A stretch of DNA of 64,000 bases from Phoronis australis (Eukaryota > Animalia > Phoronida): positions 1,363,540 through 1,427,539 of the forward strand of contig NMRA01000034.1 in NCBI GenBank assembly GCA_002633005.1, in the 5' to 3' direction. The translations under genes were made by a program, and so were the position numbers. The notes beneath the pieces are model-generated. The model made no database searches, was not told the DNA's origin, and saw only the letters and a list, made by a program, of their open reading frames with translations. Numbering within the stretch: position 1 is the first letter of the stretch; every line of letters starts with the position of its first letter. This document shows positions 52,201-64,000 of the stretch, piece after piece.

Positions 52201-53022
52201 CGTACCCCGTGTTTTTTGTTGTTGTTTTTTTTGTAAAAGGTACACATTCCCAAAATTCGAGCCCCTCTACTTTTTAGGCTGGGTGCGCGCATGAACTTCA
52301 AAGAGCTTCTTCAACTGTCTGGAATTCTAGCAGTTTCAATTAAGGCGTGGCATAATCGAGTGTGTAAGTACATTTTAAAATAAATATGGACTCAGTTATA
52401 CGAAATTTCTCAAGATTATTTGTGTGTATGTGTTGTTCGTTCGATGTAGACGTTTTCGTAGTCTGCGGGTCTTATTTATGTGCTAATCACGATCTTGTGT
52501 AAACGTGTTTGATCTCCATTATTATGCCTACATAAAAACTCTGTTTTAGCACGCAGTTTTAAAATTCAATGAAATTATAACTGATGTAAGGAAATAAATA
52601 TGCAGAGGTGTTTGAAATGTGAAAAGAAATCGAATCGTGGATATGGCGTTTTTTAACGGCAAAGCCCTACGTCCCTTAGTGATTTCGAGAAAAATTTGTT
52701 ATTGTACGCTTGTAGTGGGCTTCAATCATAGTTTGCGATTGTGGAGCCTCACGCAGGTGACCATGCTGGGCGATGTGTCCTAAAATAGTTTATCGGAACT
52801 ATCCAAATGTTAAAATAAAACTTACAAATCGACTGTAGCATCCTAGCCTGAGTTTGTTACATTCACTGTTTGAGTTTGAATAGTTACAACAGTAACACCA
52901 CTGGGTGGCAGCACGGGCGAAGTATACAGCGTCATTGTCCAGACCGTCCTCGGGTAGGGTATCTTGCTTCTGTATTCTCTGTACACTTTGGTGCGTATCC
53001 AAGCAAGAAACGAAGGTGATAA
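37268..53022 (-). CDS. Probably secreted Ly6/uPAR (LU, three-finger) domain fused to a catalytically inactive trypsin-like serine protease homologue; first exon not located
   Basis: Nine GT-AG exons join in frame: 53022-52826, 49428-49354, 48623-48473, 47545-47460, 45327-45236, 42368-42254, 41007-40857, 38691-38555, 37462-37268. LU pattern WCYCC..ECN..GC..LCITT..ITKSC..YC..CDFCCSTRGCN. S1 fold motifs: VCG..GGR|VQGG..YPW, CAGAIIDESWILTSASC, VVAGEH, IYVHPKYN, NVALLKI, VQPICLP, AGW, LCGWDNGSPLQC, LVGLTS, VFTNV...KWV. Confidence 0.9.
38948..39353. mobile_element. Foldback MITE with long degenerate TIRs
   Basis: aaggggaaatcaacaatttgtcggacttcaaaa... matches the reverse complement of ...ttttgaagtcc...aattgttagctcccccctt over more than 70 bp. 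Flanks gatgcct/gatgtct. Confidence 0.7.
39473..40292 (+). mobile_element. Non-autonomous Kolobok-like DNA transposon carrying a frameshifted THAP domain
   Basis: TTAA on both sides, AG...CT termini, ~58-bp TIR (AGGCGGATGCAACCTTTTTTCATGTCATTTTTAGCAAAAATAAGGTTCGTTGATTATCC). From ATG 39739, across two frameshifts: MPRCCYVPGC / RRFPKDDTLHRTW / YRVCGKQF..DY..RLKKGTIPSL. Confidence 0.85.
43740..45090 (-). mobile_element. Decayed Ty3/Gypsy LTR retrotransposon pol fragment (RT to RNase H), intronic
   Basis: Minus-strand fragments VDEPTHWVNSMVVIKKGEKVRMCLNPKD, STLDAKNSFVQIQL..ESSLLTTF, VKYVGHIMQEKGLQPDPDKV, QTMLLRL, GDALSHA, with many stops and frameshifts. Confidence 0.85.
45900..47275. repeat. C-rich ~40-bp satellite array spanning an assembly gap (n 46460-47190)
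   Basis: Unit ccaaacccagtgccaatcccttacaatcaccatccacctc on both sides of the gap. Confidence 0.95.
49188..49357. repeat. Short tandem array of ggttatacttac units overlapping a splice donor
   Basis: About six tatactt(a/g)c-like cores. ttatctgcg.ggttatacttactgcaa occurs at both ~49198 and ~49332. Confidence 0.7.
49991..52013. repeat. n-joined near-identical duplication (probable two haplotypes) differing by a 286-bp indel
   Basis: 49991-51144 is repeated at 51146-52013; n at 51145. The second copy lacks 50177-50462. Confidence 0.85.
52025..52293. mobile_element. MITE with CATGCGCGCAC(C/T)CAG TIR and 5-bp TSD (copy 2)
   Basis: 15-bp TIR with one mismatch, aactt direct repeat on both sides, internal homology to 4028-4241 (ccccatttggc, ggcgaatgca, gtacccc, aaaattcgagccc). 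Confidence 0.85.
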
Positions 53023-54893
53023 CTAAAAAGATACCATGGTGCGTGTCTTACGTGGACAGGGTAATACAGGACTTCAATTTACCCATAGTTATACTATGTA
53101 TGGTCTTATTTTTCGTCGAGGTTTATCCGTATTAAGCCCTGTTTATATGCAGCACTTTTACACCTGTACGTAAATATACATCATGCATTGAATACAATAG
53201 TAATGAAAATTGAATACATATAATCTTATGAAACATAAATGTAGATAACATTGAATATAAGATCAAATATAAATATCAGAAGATCAAATATAAATATAAG
53301 ATATCCAATACATATAATTACATCAAACCTAATTTTTTGAACATTGAATTTTGCAACACATAACACGCCATACATGCGCACGTCTTCACCCGGGTGTAAA
53401 TGTAAATTTACATCACTTTGGTATGGTGATAAAGAAAAGCAATATTTACCGACAAAACGAAGCGAAGTTGACACAGGCAAAGTTTGTTAGTAAAGAGAAT
53501 ATTTTTTCTAAGAAAAGAATTGCCTTGAATGTGTGTAGCTCTGAGGCCCGGGTATTGATCCCCAAGGATTACTTCTGGAACTGTCTCGCAAACGGCAAGT
53601 ATGGTTTTTATAAAGAACGGTCGACGGACTGGTGGAAAAACAGATGTAAAATGATACTAAACCCAATTTTCATGATTTCAACCAATCCTCGTTTTGTCAC
53701 TTGTTCATGCATCGTAAATCTTGAAACTTAAAAAGCAAAAATCAATTTAAAGTCATACTCCCTTTGTCACATATTGCATATTATGGTTCTTGGTGGCGGT
53801 TTTCCCCCAAATTTACCGAGTAATTCGTTTTAAGCGTAGGTCACGCTTGCCCATTTAGCAGACTTTAAAGGAGTTTTCAAATTTTCCTGCAAACTTTTAA
53901 GGCTTGTCGAGGTTTAAAGAGCATTGTTTTATTTCAGAGAATTGGATGGGAGTGTCGTTTATAAAATCTGTCAATAGGCCAACACCGGCTTTGGTATCCT
54001 TGTAAGTAATAGAAACTTCTGAGTTTCCCCACGAACGTATTACAAAAGAATAAGACAGTCCATCTCAATGTCAGATTGGAGCCAAGTCGTAATGAATGCA
54101 TGCAGGGTTTGATAACCACACTGTTTGTAACCTGACGGAGTTATCGGTGGAAGTTGCAGCATATCGGTCCGAAATATTGTTTGAAATATTTATTTCAACG
54201 GAATTGTTCTAGTATTCGATTATTTTTGGTGTTTGATTATCAGCAGCGCAGCAGCAATAGTAACAGCAGCATTTCAATAAAAGGCCATAACATTAAACCA
54301 CTGATGACAACAGAGGCAGTTTGGCGGAGTCGGATCTTGCTTTCAGACCCATGCGTAAATTTAAGTCGCGTTCACATGCGCTAGATGTACATGTATATTT
54401 GCATGTGTGTAAATTAACGTTCACACGAGCTCTAGAGGTGTACCTTTACACCCGGATGCCATCTGCGTTTATATGGCAAAAATACTAGTATACACTTGGG
54501 TGTAATTCGGTAGCAGCCCTTCGTTAACTCAAACTTCGTTGAAAACACGACTAAACTTTTTTGAAACCTTGATGCAGAGTAGCTCGCATTGTCGAAACAA
54601 TCTCTTTTCTTCAGTTGTTCAGCTATGTAGCAAAACACCAAAAGACATAACAAACAAATTTCAAAAGACAACAAACAAGTTTAAACACTAGCTATATTTT
54701 GAGGCTGCATGTCTAATCATCAGGAAATTTATCACAGGTCTTCAATTTTTCAATTCCCATGGTCTACTACATGGTCTTATTCATCATCAAGCGTGGAAGT
54801 GTTGCATATGGGGCTTAATACCGACTAAACCCTGACGAAGAATACGATCATACACAGTAGACCATGGGACATCTGTTGAATTATTTCCGTTAA

Positions 54894-54970
54894 AGAGGAC
54901 TGGGTCTCGAAAAACAGATTAGGAATAGTCTAAAAAATATCTTTGACGAGTTTTCGCGTTCCATTCCTCT
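54894..54970. mobile_element. 77-bp TTAA-flanked mini element (Kolobok-type termini)
   Basis: TTAA-AGAGGACTGG...TCGAAAAAC......GTTTTCGCGTTCCATTCCTCT-TTAA, imperfect ~21-bp TIR. Confidence 0.5.
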
Positions 54971-57900
54971 TTAAGAGAAGCGGCTGCAGGGCTGAGAATG
55001 TCAGGCAATAGAGGGGATCGAGACGAGTCGACACCTCGAGATCTTGAAATCATGTGTTTAAAATTAGTCTCAAATTTGTCCTGCGTTATGCAGTCACTTC
55101 CAAACGAAGTAGCGGATTGTGAAGAGACACAACACGAGAAAAATCAAAAGAAATAAAAATTCACTCTTGGGTTGTATTTCCGATTCAACTTAGTCTTTGT
55201 GTATGTGATCATGGTGTGGCTCTGATACAAAAATCACCCATGTTGCATTTATATTTACCACTTAATATTTACCTATTGGCCTTCAAAGGGTCACGAAGAA
55301 AATGACACGTTTTTGCTTAAAAACCAAGCAAATCGCATGAAATGAGAGAAAACACATATTGGGATAAAGAGGTCATACAGTGCATAAGGATTCCAAACCA
55401 ATATTAACACTGCATCCATCACTTTTGGGGATAACTCAAACCACCAGCGAAGTGCCAGCAAAAGTGGCACTTAACTGTTCACATTACTGGCGAAAACGCT
55501 ACCGTTTAGTTAGCCCGTTTGTGAGCGAGGTATTACCTGAAGGACAGAGCTTCGCGAACCAGAACCGGGGTGACCCGAAAATGCCCGACTTACGTGAGTT
55601 TACTGAAGTTTAAGTATGTGCACGAAATTCGTTGGAGCAAATAGATTTCTGTTCCAAGATCTACTGAATTTTATAGCATCTTACCCAACGCGAACAAGAT
55701 GACTGCTTGTTTCAACATGGCTGCAGCTGTCCAGTCCTCGTCCTGATAAGACACGTAAACCTGTTATCGCATTTAATTGCTAATTTATCTTTAAAAGGCA
55801 TAGAAGCCAAACTTTCATGTATCCAATGGTACATTTTTGTTACCTGATAGTAAATATCAAAATGCTTTACAAAAAAGGACCTCTATCAAGATAAAATATA
55901 AAATTCTTCATTGTGTGAAAATTGGATAGTTAAACGTTGGTCTGCTTTTTTGCAGGTTCAGCTTCTGTTAACTAGAATCGCTCTGTCGCATGGTGACGAA
56001 AACATTTCACAGCGAGACAAGCGAGTGCGCATTAGCCAAGGACACCCGCTTCGAAGTGGGGAGGGCACGAGTTGCAACAACGTCCAACCTGTTGTTGGCA
56101 AGATGTTGGCTTGTGCTTGTCTTGAACGGATTCCACTTTTTTGTCCCCTGGCTTCATTCTTATCAGAAGCAGTAGCGGACGTATGAACTGCGGAAGATTC
56201 AACTGAGTTGTGTTCAATAAGTAAACATTCTCTAGACCTTGGGAGATAAAACGTGCTCCGCCGTAGACTTTGTAACGTAACGACTCGAAATTTAGGCCGT
56301 CTCCCCGAACTCGTAAGAAACCAACATTGGGCCTCCCTTTGTTTCATCTAATGGAACACGTTCTCGCCGAACAAGAACTTTTAGCAGAGTTAGGAGGTAG
56401 TATTAATGTTTTCCTAGAATAACGGGCAAAGTTATAAAGACAAACGGGAATCTCAGCTAAAAGGACTGCTAAATTTAAATTAGTGAATAGACAAGCTTCA
56501 AAATTTTGAACGATACATGGAAAAAGTTTATCACTTACACCTGTACTAGTTGTGAACAAAATGCAAATTTTATCAGCTTGTAAGCTTCAATCGACAATTT
56601 TGTCCTGAATTGCATTACTGTTTGCCAGTCGCTTTGTAATGATTGGGAGCAACGGTGATAATAAAAAGTTGTTGATGCCAGTTTTGAACACCAACAACAA
56701 ATTCAAAGCAAACCAAACATTATTATTTAATTAAACCGACTGACTTGACTCATGCAATTAATTCCAATATATGATGGTCTGTTCAGATTATTTTGGCCCA
56801 AGATGATTCACTCGATATTTAATATTAGGCATGCCTGGTGTGGCCGATCTGAAGCTCATGTGAATGCAACAGCAAAAAGTCGGCACAAGTTTACGGCCCA
56901 CGTATCGCGCAGCAACGGGCTTTATGGGTCACTTCCGAATGGCAGGGGTGTTTTGAATCTCCTAAACCATGCTCTTGTTTAGAAACATCTTAATTCCGAG
57001 GTAGTGTACACTCCTCCAAAGTAACATCATGTTCTCATTCGATTTCCTCCCACGGCCATAACTGCTTCAGTATCTCAAACTAACCCATCATGACTGAAGC
57101 AATGGCCCCCACACAGTTCTTATGAAGTCTAGAAATCATTAGTAGTCTAAATAAGGAACAATATCAGTCCAATTTTATAATGGTAAGTGGTCTTTTTATT
57201 TTAACAGAAGCTGGGGATTATTGGCACTTTAAAAAAATGCAACAAAAAATTCCCACTAGAGACCAAACATGCATGAAACTCGTTGATTAATAGTGCACAA
57301 ATATATAATTATGTATATATTATATTTCATTAGAAATGACATTTGACAATGTATAATGCACTTATAAGTATAGCAGGGGACGGAAAATACGTAGGGAGCC
57401 CAGTTGCATAAAAGTTATATGGAGCATTATCACAGGCCTTGCTATAGTTTAACTTTCTGTATTTCATGTCAGGCAAAGATCAAACTTAACCATCAGATAA
57501 GTTTTGAAGTTTAACACAACCCAGCCCAGGTGAATTGTAACAATAAAAATAAGACAATAAATTATGATCTGCACCCTTACTACTTACCCGCTGTTTTAAA
57601 CTACAGTCAGTTCTGCTTATACTCAGATTACTATCAAAACGAAGTTTTCACAAAAAGATTAGTCCACTGATTATTTTACAAAAAAAAAAATTGGAATGGT
57701 CATTTAAGAAGTTAGAAACAAATTCTACAAATGCTCTAATTCTGAGTGTTTTCTATTTACAACAAAATAGAACAAGTCAAAAAGATAGAATCACTCACTT
57801 TCCTAGTAAAGTTAAATTCAACAAGGCTAAAGTTGGAATCTCTCATTGTACTAATCAAGCTAAATTGCAAAATTAATATTAAATATAATAGTTCTATGAC

Positions 57901-59089
57901 TTAACTCATCACCGAGCAAGAATACAACAACAACAGGTAAAAGATATCAAAAATACTCTGGTGGAATGTTCCTCAGTGGGGGGCATGCAATGTCTGACAT
58001 TATTTTAATGTAAAGTCATGTGACCAGTCGTGTGACCCATGTCTCACAAACAGGAGATAAGAAATGATGGAGACCATGCTCAGCTCATCTGACAGAATAA
58101 CTGGAAGAAAATGTCCGTATTTCTTCCAGAAGAATTGAGCCCTAAGATATTCTAGAAAGGTAATGTTGATCTTGACCTCAATCATAACAACAAAACAATT
58201 CCTCAGTTAAATCATAAATTTTTGGCAATTATTGTAATTGGCAGCATTCTATCTAACCCCAAGCAAAATTCCAGGACAACCTGTCTGAGGGTATCAGTGA
58301 TTACTTGGTTTAACTTAACATTTTTCATAATAAATATTAAGTAGCACAGACATTGACAAAGCACAAATGTTACTAAAGAATAAAACAATCAAAAAAAAAA
58401 CATAAAAATTAATTGTACCCTGCGGAAGATTGTGAAGCAATACCTGAAGGCCCCATCTGCCTAGCACTACCACTGACCGGCAGGTTCAAGTTGAGACAAA
58501 GTTATGTAACAAGTACTGATTCAGAAATGAATCGCCATTGTGGAAGCAAGAACAACCACAAAATGAAAAAAATAATTCCACCTGGCAAAAATACAGACAA
58601 CAAAATAAAAGGTATTTTCAATGTTAAAATACACAACGAAAACCAAGCACAAAGACTGTGTAGGTTCATGACAACCTGGCTGCAATGTGGAGTATTTTCA
58701 TGAAGAAATGTCCTGCAATGAGTGCTAATATGGCAAAATCTTTGTACCCTGTACTCCATGATTTGAGATGAACAAGTATTCCTTCCAAGGACATAAACAG
58801 TCCAAGAATAACAAACATACTCTACACTCAAATTTTATGAAAGTTAATTTCATTCAATGCATTTACATGCAGTCACAAAAAACAATGTTGCAAATCTGTG
58901 GCACTTGTGTGTAGACATTACGCTAGATTTCGCAATACACAGTCACAAAGCTTCTCGATATAAAAAGCCTTCCCATTTTTCCATTTCAACCTCGAAATAC
59001 ATTTTGCAAAAATTGCTTCTTAGACTTCTTAGCATAGAGTTTAGTTTCTAGTATTTAGTGGGGTTCCTAACTATTGACTGCTTCACAAA

Positions 59090-62000
59090 TTACTTGCTGA
59101 ATTTTCCTTTGACACTTTTAATAGCCTTGTTCCATTTGCTTGATGAAGACATCTTGGTGAAGTTTGTGTCATGCTGTGCCGCCAAAGCATGCAGATCCTG
59201 CTCCACAAACTGCTGCACTCTCAGCCTCAGCAGCTCATGTAGTTCTTTGTTTGCCTCAAACTTGTAATGCTGCTCACTTTTAAACATGCGTATCTGATCA
59301 ACTAGCTTAGCAATGGACCTAGTGTGAAAAAACAAATGCCAAAATATAAATGGAAGGACAAGAACATATCAGTATTCATCCCTACTTGTCGGCTCTCTGG
59401 TTTTGAAGGGACATGAAAAATTCTAGAAATTATGATCGATTACCACGTGTCCCCAATAGTAGGTGCATACCACATGTCCTTACTATACATTGTGCATGCA
59501 ATGTGACTCGACAATACATTGCACATACCGCACAACCGCACAACACATTGTGCATACCACGAGTGCCCCACTTTACATTGTGCATACCAAGAGTCCCCGG
59601 TAGAGATAGTGCACACCACGTATTCCCCACTCTACATTGTGAATGCCATGCGTACCCCAATATACATTGTGCATACCTCGTGTCCCCATTATACATTGCG
59701 TAAACCACACGTCCCCACTATACATTGTATATAGCACGTGTCTCCACTATAAATCGAGCATATCACATGCCCCCAGCATGCATTATGTGTACAGCATGTC
59801 CCGCTTCTACATTATGCACACTGTGTCCCCACTATACACTCCACTGGACATTTCAAGCGTCCCACCAGTATACATGACTCACACCTCACAAGCCTGGATA
59901 ATTGTCACTGACCTCATCTTGTTCCACTTGTGCATGCCATTGGCCAGTGTGAAACCACCCAATTCAATCTGCTGTACATGTAGCAGGAACAAGAGTACTG
60001 ACGGAATGGTGGTGGTTCCGCGTGCTGCCTCATCCTTCACCAACCATGTGCTGTCACCCTTAAGAGACACCTGGTGGGGGTGAATGGAGGTAAAAAAACA
60101 ATTATGTGAGAACTGATTAACTTTCTACCTTTTTATAAAACTATCAATTTCACAATAAGTAAGCATTTGTAAGAACTTCAAGGCAATTATAGTAATTTGT
60201 TGAAAAGTTGAGTTTAATAATTTCACTTAGTGAGTCTTACTGGTTGTGGTTACTAGTTAAATATTGAAGTGCTATAACAAGCATATACAACACACCTAAT
60301 ATGATTACTCTGTAGGGAAATGAATGTGATAGCAAATGTTGCTTTGATTTTGAATCCTTATTCAACCATAGCTAAATGACTATCCAACATCCATCACAAT
60401 CTCCATTTGAATTTTAAATATTCAACATTAAACCATTATTTGCATTCAGATTTTTGATACTCTGAAAGTGCTATAAAATTTTAAACATGATTACCTTAAT
60501 ACTTGACAACTCTTCTTTTATTGCAACACTTTTTGATGGCAAATTTCTCCAAGCCTGCAATAACAAGAAAATGAGAGTAAAGTGAACTGATTACTAAATG
60601 GATTTGGGCAGATTACAAACTTTTAAAGTCACCAGTGGTTAAATATTTCTGAGTCAATAATGTACAAATACGGACCACACCTGAGGGTGATACCTGGTCA
60701 TATCATGACATGCTAACATCTCATTTCCCAATCAGCTACTGTCAAATTGCTTCCTGGAGTTTGGGATGATGATAGTCACTTACCACTGACAGTGTCTGGA
60801 CTTAGAGAACACAGATTGCCGTCAGTGATAACCCCTGCATGTTCAGAACAATAATATTTTCTGCCCATTTTTAGACACTGCGAAATATAAAAACTCAACG
60901 TGAACTTTGTCATTGTTTGATTGCCAAAATCGGATAACCACAACACAAGAAAAGAGAAATAATGCACACAGCAACAACTGCTCCTCTGCTGTTATGTCTC
61001 AGTCTCTATTGTGTAACCTGCCTAGGCACTACCAATTGACACACCTGAGTGCATATCTGTCACTTCGAAATATACACCTGAAAGTATTATTTGGATTTGA
61101 CTTTTGGTCCCTGAACCAGTATTTTCCGAATATGCGCCCTGGTCTACAGAAAACTCTAGTATGAAATAGAGGTGCATCAGTGTCATTGTTTGAAATGATA
61201 GTCCATGACTTTATGAAAGATGTTATTAGTTTGTGACTGTACACCGGAGTAATTAGTGAATGACTGCCCAAACATTTAATGCACTGCTTGAGAACACTAG
61301 GATAACACTAGTGAGTAAATGGTATCACTTTCACTTTATGTATGTAATGAAGATCGCTCATAACAATATTAAGAGTGTGACAGTAATTATAATTCCTCAC
61401 TTGTTTTTAGTGCAAGCCATAAATGTCTTGCCAATATTAAATATAAAATGACAAGCCAAGTCGAATTATAAACTTGTTGTCTGACTAATGTAATAACAAA
61501 CTGTCAGTACTTCCCAAGCACATGAGCCATTACTAATTTGAGTAAGGAACAACTTGGGACGAATAAGATATTAGCAATAGTTAAGCTCATATCACAAACG
61601 AAGCTCATTCAGAGCTTTCAAATTTAGATAATATCTTTGGAAAGATTGAAGGACAATTCCATATTTATCAACAGCATGTTAAAAACACGACTCCCAATTC
61701 GACATACTTTAAAAGGTAAGTCTTGTATTTCGAAATTGAAAAATAATACTTATTTTACGATGATCTAAGAGTCAAAGATATTGATAACAGATTGTGAAAA
61801 GGGGCATCACTTTTCAACGTTTACGGCAGCTAAGGTGTCTATCAAAGAGAGAATAATTACAATGGTAATTCAGTCTATGTTAGTAAATAACACAGACAAA
61901 ATGTTGTTACTCACAGGAAGTTGCCGTACAACCAGTGTCTCCAGACCTTCCAATATGGCGATCCCACTGGCAAAGTTACGCATATCCATGCAAGTTTTCG

Positions 62001-63802
62001 CAGTATGCAAAAACTTGCTAAGAAGAGCAAGCTGACTCTGTAAATATAAATTAATAGATAAACAATTGGAGCAAACCTAGTGTTGTGCACATTGACTGTA
62101 ACTGACAAACAATTCTTGAACAAACACAACAAAGCCTACATCAACATTCAGAATCAGCATGCTAGTTGTAATAGTTCATGTCATATAAAGTGTTCTACCA
62201 TATTAGGCCCATGAACATCTGTGCATGTCTGCACTTATATGCGAATCTCAGACCCATGCACCCATACTTATAGGTAAAAAGGCCGTGAAAACAGGTGTTA
62301 GGATTTAGGCCCATGAACATCTGAGAATCACTTACTAACAGGTAAAAAAGGCCCTGGAAACATGACTGGTGTTTATTTAAGATTTAGGCCCATTGGCCTA
62401 AAGGCGCAGCAATATGGTAAATACAAAACCATTTACCAAATACCAAATAAGATACACAGGCAAACATGAAAAAATGCCATTACGAGGCACAGCAGTAACC
62501 AAAATGGCTGCGCCTGTATGCAAATCAATGTATGGGTCTATGCTGGACTTATATTTCAAAACTTAGGCTCATGCGCCAAAATGTAAACCACTTGGAATGG
62601 GTAACAACAAACGCCAGGCAAAAAGGCATCACTTTGGAATACGGTAACACCTGGATTGCGGTAACACCACCTCTGAGTGCTGCATCAGATAAAAATCAAT
62701 TTGTAACAAAGCAGATTCACTAGGATGGACCACACTAAGACAGATTCAACTGTTGACACAATTCATCACCACAGATACAATGTTCAAAGTATAGCGTATC
62801 TAATGGCACTGCATCTTCATGACATCATTAGATTGACTGCTAAGAGCTGAATTTGTCAGAAGCTAACCGTGGAAAGAGACGAGTAACATCTCTTCAGTGG
62901 CATGATTTATGCTGGCATTCACACACAGCAGTTCTGAGTTTCACTGTTTTCAAATGGCAGTCCATAAACATTTTGGTTAAAATCATGGAAACCATCAACT
63001 ATCAGTTTAATAGCAAAACTGATGCCACATTAAAACATGGCTGCCCAATGACATGATTGGTTGGTAGAAGACAAAAATTTCAAGAGCCTAAATTAGTTCC
63101 AACAATGGCTAAAAATGAAAAGCTTGACTTCTAAACTATGAATTTAACCAACAGCAGTAGGTGTAACAATAACCTTTGATGAGCTGCTTGTGACTAGCTC
63201 AGCTGCAACCCAGTATGAGATGTTGTGCGCGTGCTCAATCATTTCTTGAATGGTCGTGTCTTGTATGTACGAGCCAGCGAACTTACTGCTCACATGGTGG
63301 TCAGGGTCATCCCACACACTTTGTCTGCAAGTGAAGGCAAATTGCCAAAATGAATAGTCAAAACATTTAGTTACTAGAAGTAGTACTATGCAGTTTGGAA
63401 ACGAATTCACTTTTACATTTCCGAAAAATTCTCTAGGCCAGACAAATGCCATAGTTTCAACTCAGTTCACCAATTCCAATTGACCAGATTGATTATCACT
63501 AAAGCCACTCGATCATGTGATGCAGCCTTTGAGTAACATAGACAATGGCCACAAGTACACTGTCTGTCAAGTGTATCTAAGCGATAGGCCGGATGATTTT
63601 GGATAATTTTGTAGTTCAAGTCTGCCATAAGATTGAAAATTCAAGGAAGTCAACCAGCTAGCAAATCTCGTCAATTCCTTTTTAAGTGGTGTTCCAGAAA
63701 GTAGGTTAGGATTTTCGATTGAGCATTCCAAAATGGTCAATCTAATTTAATGACTACCTTGAAGTAATATGTTCATTTTTTAGGAATTGGGCCAAATTCG
63801 AG
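59090..63802 (-). CDS. KNDC1: KNDC1 (very-KIND) orthologue, C-terminal RasGEF (CDC25) exons; gene continues beyond the right edge
   Basis: In-frame exons 63802-63758 (tentative), 63324-63174, 62037-61915, 60554-60495, 60070-59913, 59318-59090 give ISYWVAAELV..LLSKFLHTAKTCMDMRNFASGIAILEGLETLVVRQLPAWRNLP..TIPSVLLFLLHVQQIELGGFTLANGMHKWNKMRSIAKLVDQI. This closely resembles the vertebrate KNDC1 tail as I recall it (HIQQLETGGFTMTNGAHRWSKLRNIAKVV). Confidence 0.88.
59444..59850. repeat. ~29-bp minisatellite filling most of the last KNDC1 intron
   Basis: Degenerate copies of ccacgtgtccccactatacattgtgcata. Confidence 0.9.
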
Positions 63803-64000
63803 CTTTGCAATGAAAAGATAAATCTCACATACTGAATGTGGCAAGAATATGCAGCCTTGTATAATTTTGTGGCTAGCGAGGTCATTGAGCAGGGAGAATT
63901 GTTGATATCTCGCAGTCCGCATGGTTGATTTCTTCCCACCATACCTCAGTCCTCCCAGTTTTGATATCATATTGTAAGGCCTGATCTATACTGATGGCGG

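Noticed and set aside
53080-55600. Candidates for the signal-peptide first exon of the LU-pseudoprotease (e.g. MASGCK at ~54444-54462)
   Set aside because: Phase-compatible but lacking a hydrophobic core; none could be supported.

Overview
AT-rich, intron-rich animal genomic DNA, not prokaryotic. It is probably a marine invertebrate draft assembly (inference from gene and transposon content and from single-n haplotype joins). Most entries in the ORF track are spurious, so genes were rebuilt by hand from GT-AG sites with phase-consistent joins. (1) A minus-strand gene (9 coding exons found, 37268-53022) encoding a probably secreted Ly6/uPAR three-finger (LU) domain fused to a trypsin-fold domain with all three catalytic residues replaced (H57S, D102N, S195N), while the R|VQGG activation site, Asp194 and all fold cysteines are kept. 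This is the most interesting object here. (2) A plus-strand TRIM-NHL-type gene (19774-32915): coiled coil, filamin repeat, ~420-aa low-complexity insert with an octapeptide array, six NHL repeats; no RING or B-box found. (3) The 3' end of a KNDC1 (very-KIND) RasGEF orthologue on the minus strand (59090 to the window end). (4) Two unidentified minus-strand exon chains (6426-11290 and 1233-2535). Also present: a THAP-bearing non-autonomous Kolobok-like element, Gypsy and hAT remnants, several MITEs (one family with 5-bp TSDs), a Helentron-associated-like element, minisatellites, and two n-joined duplications that look like assembly artefacts. No database searches were run; family assignments come from motif recognition.
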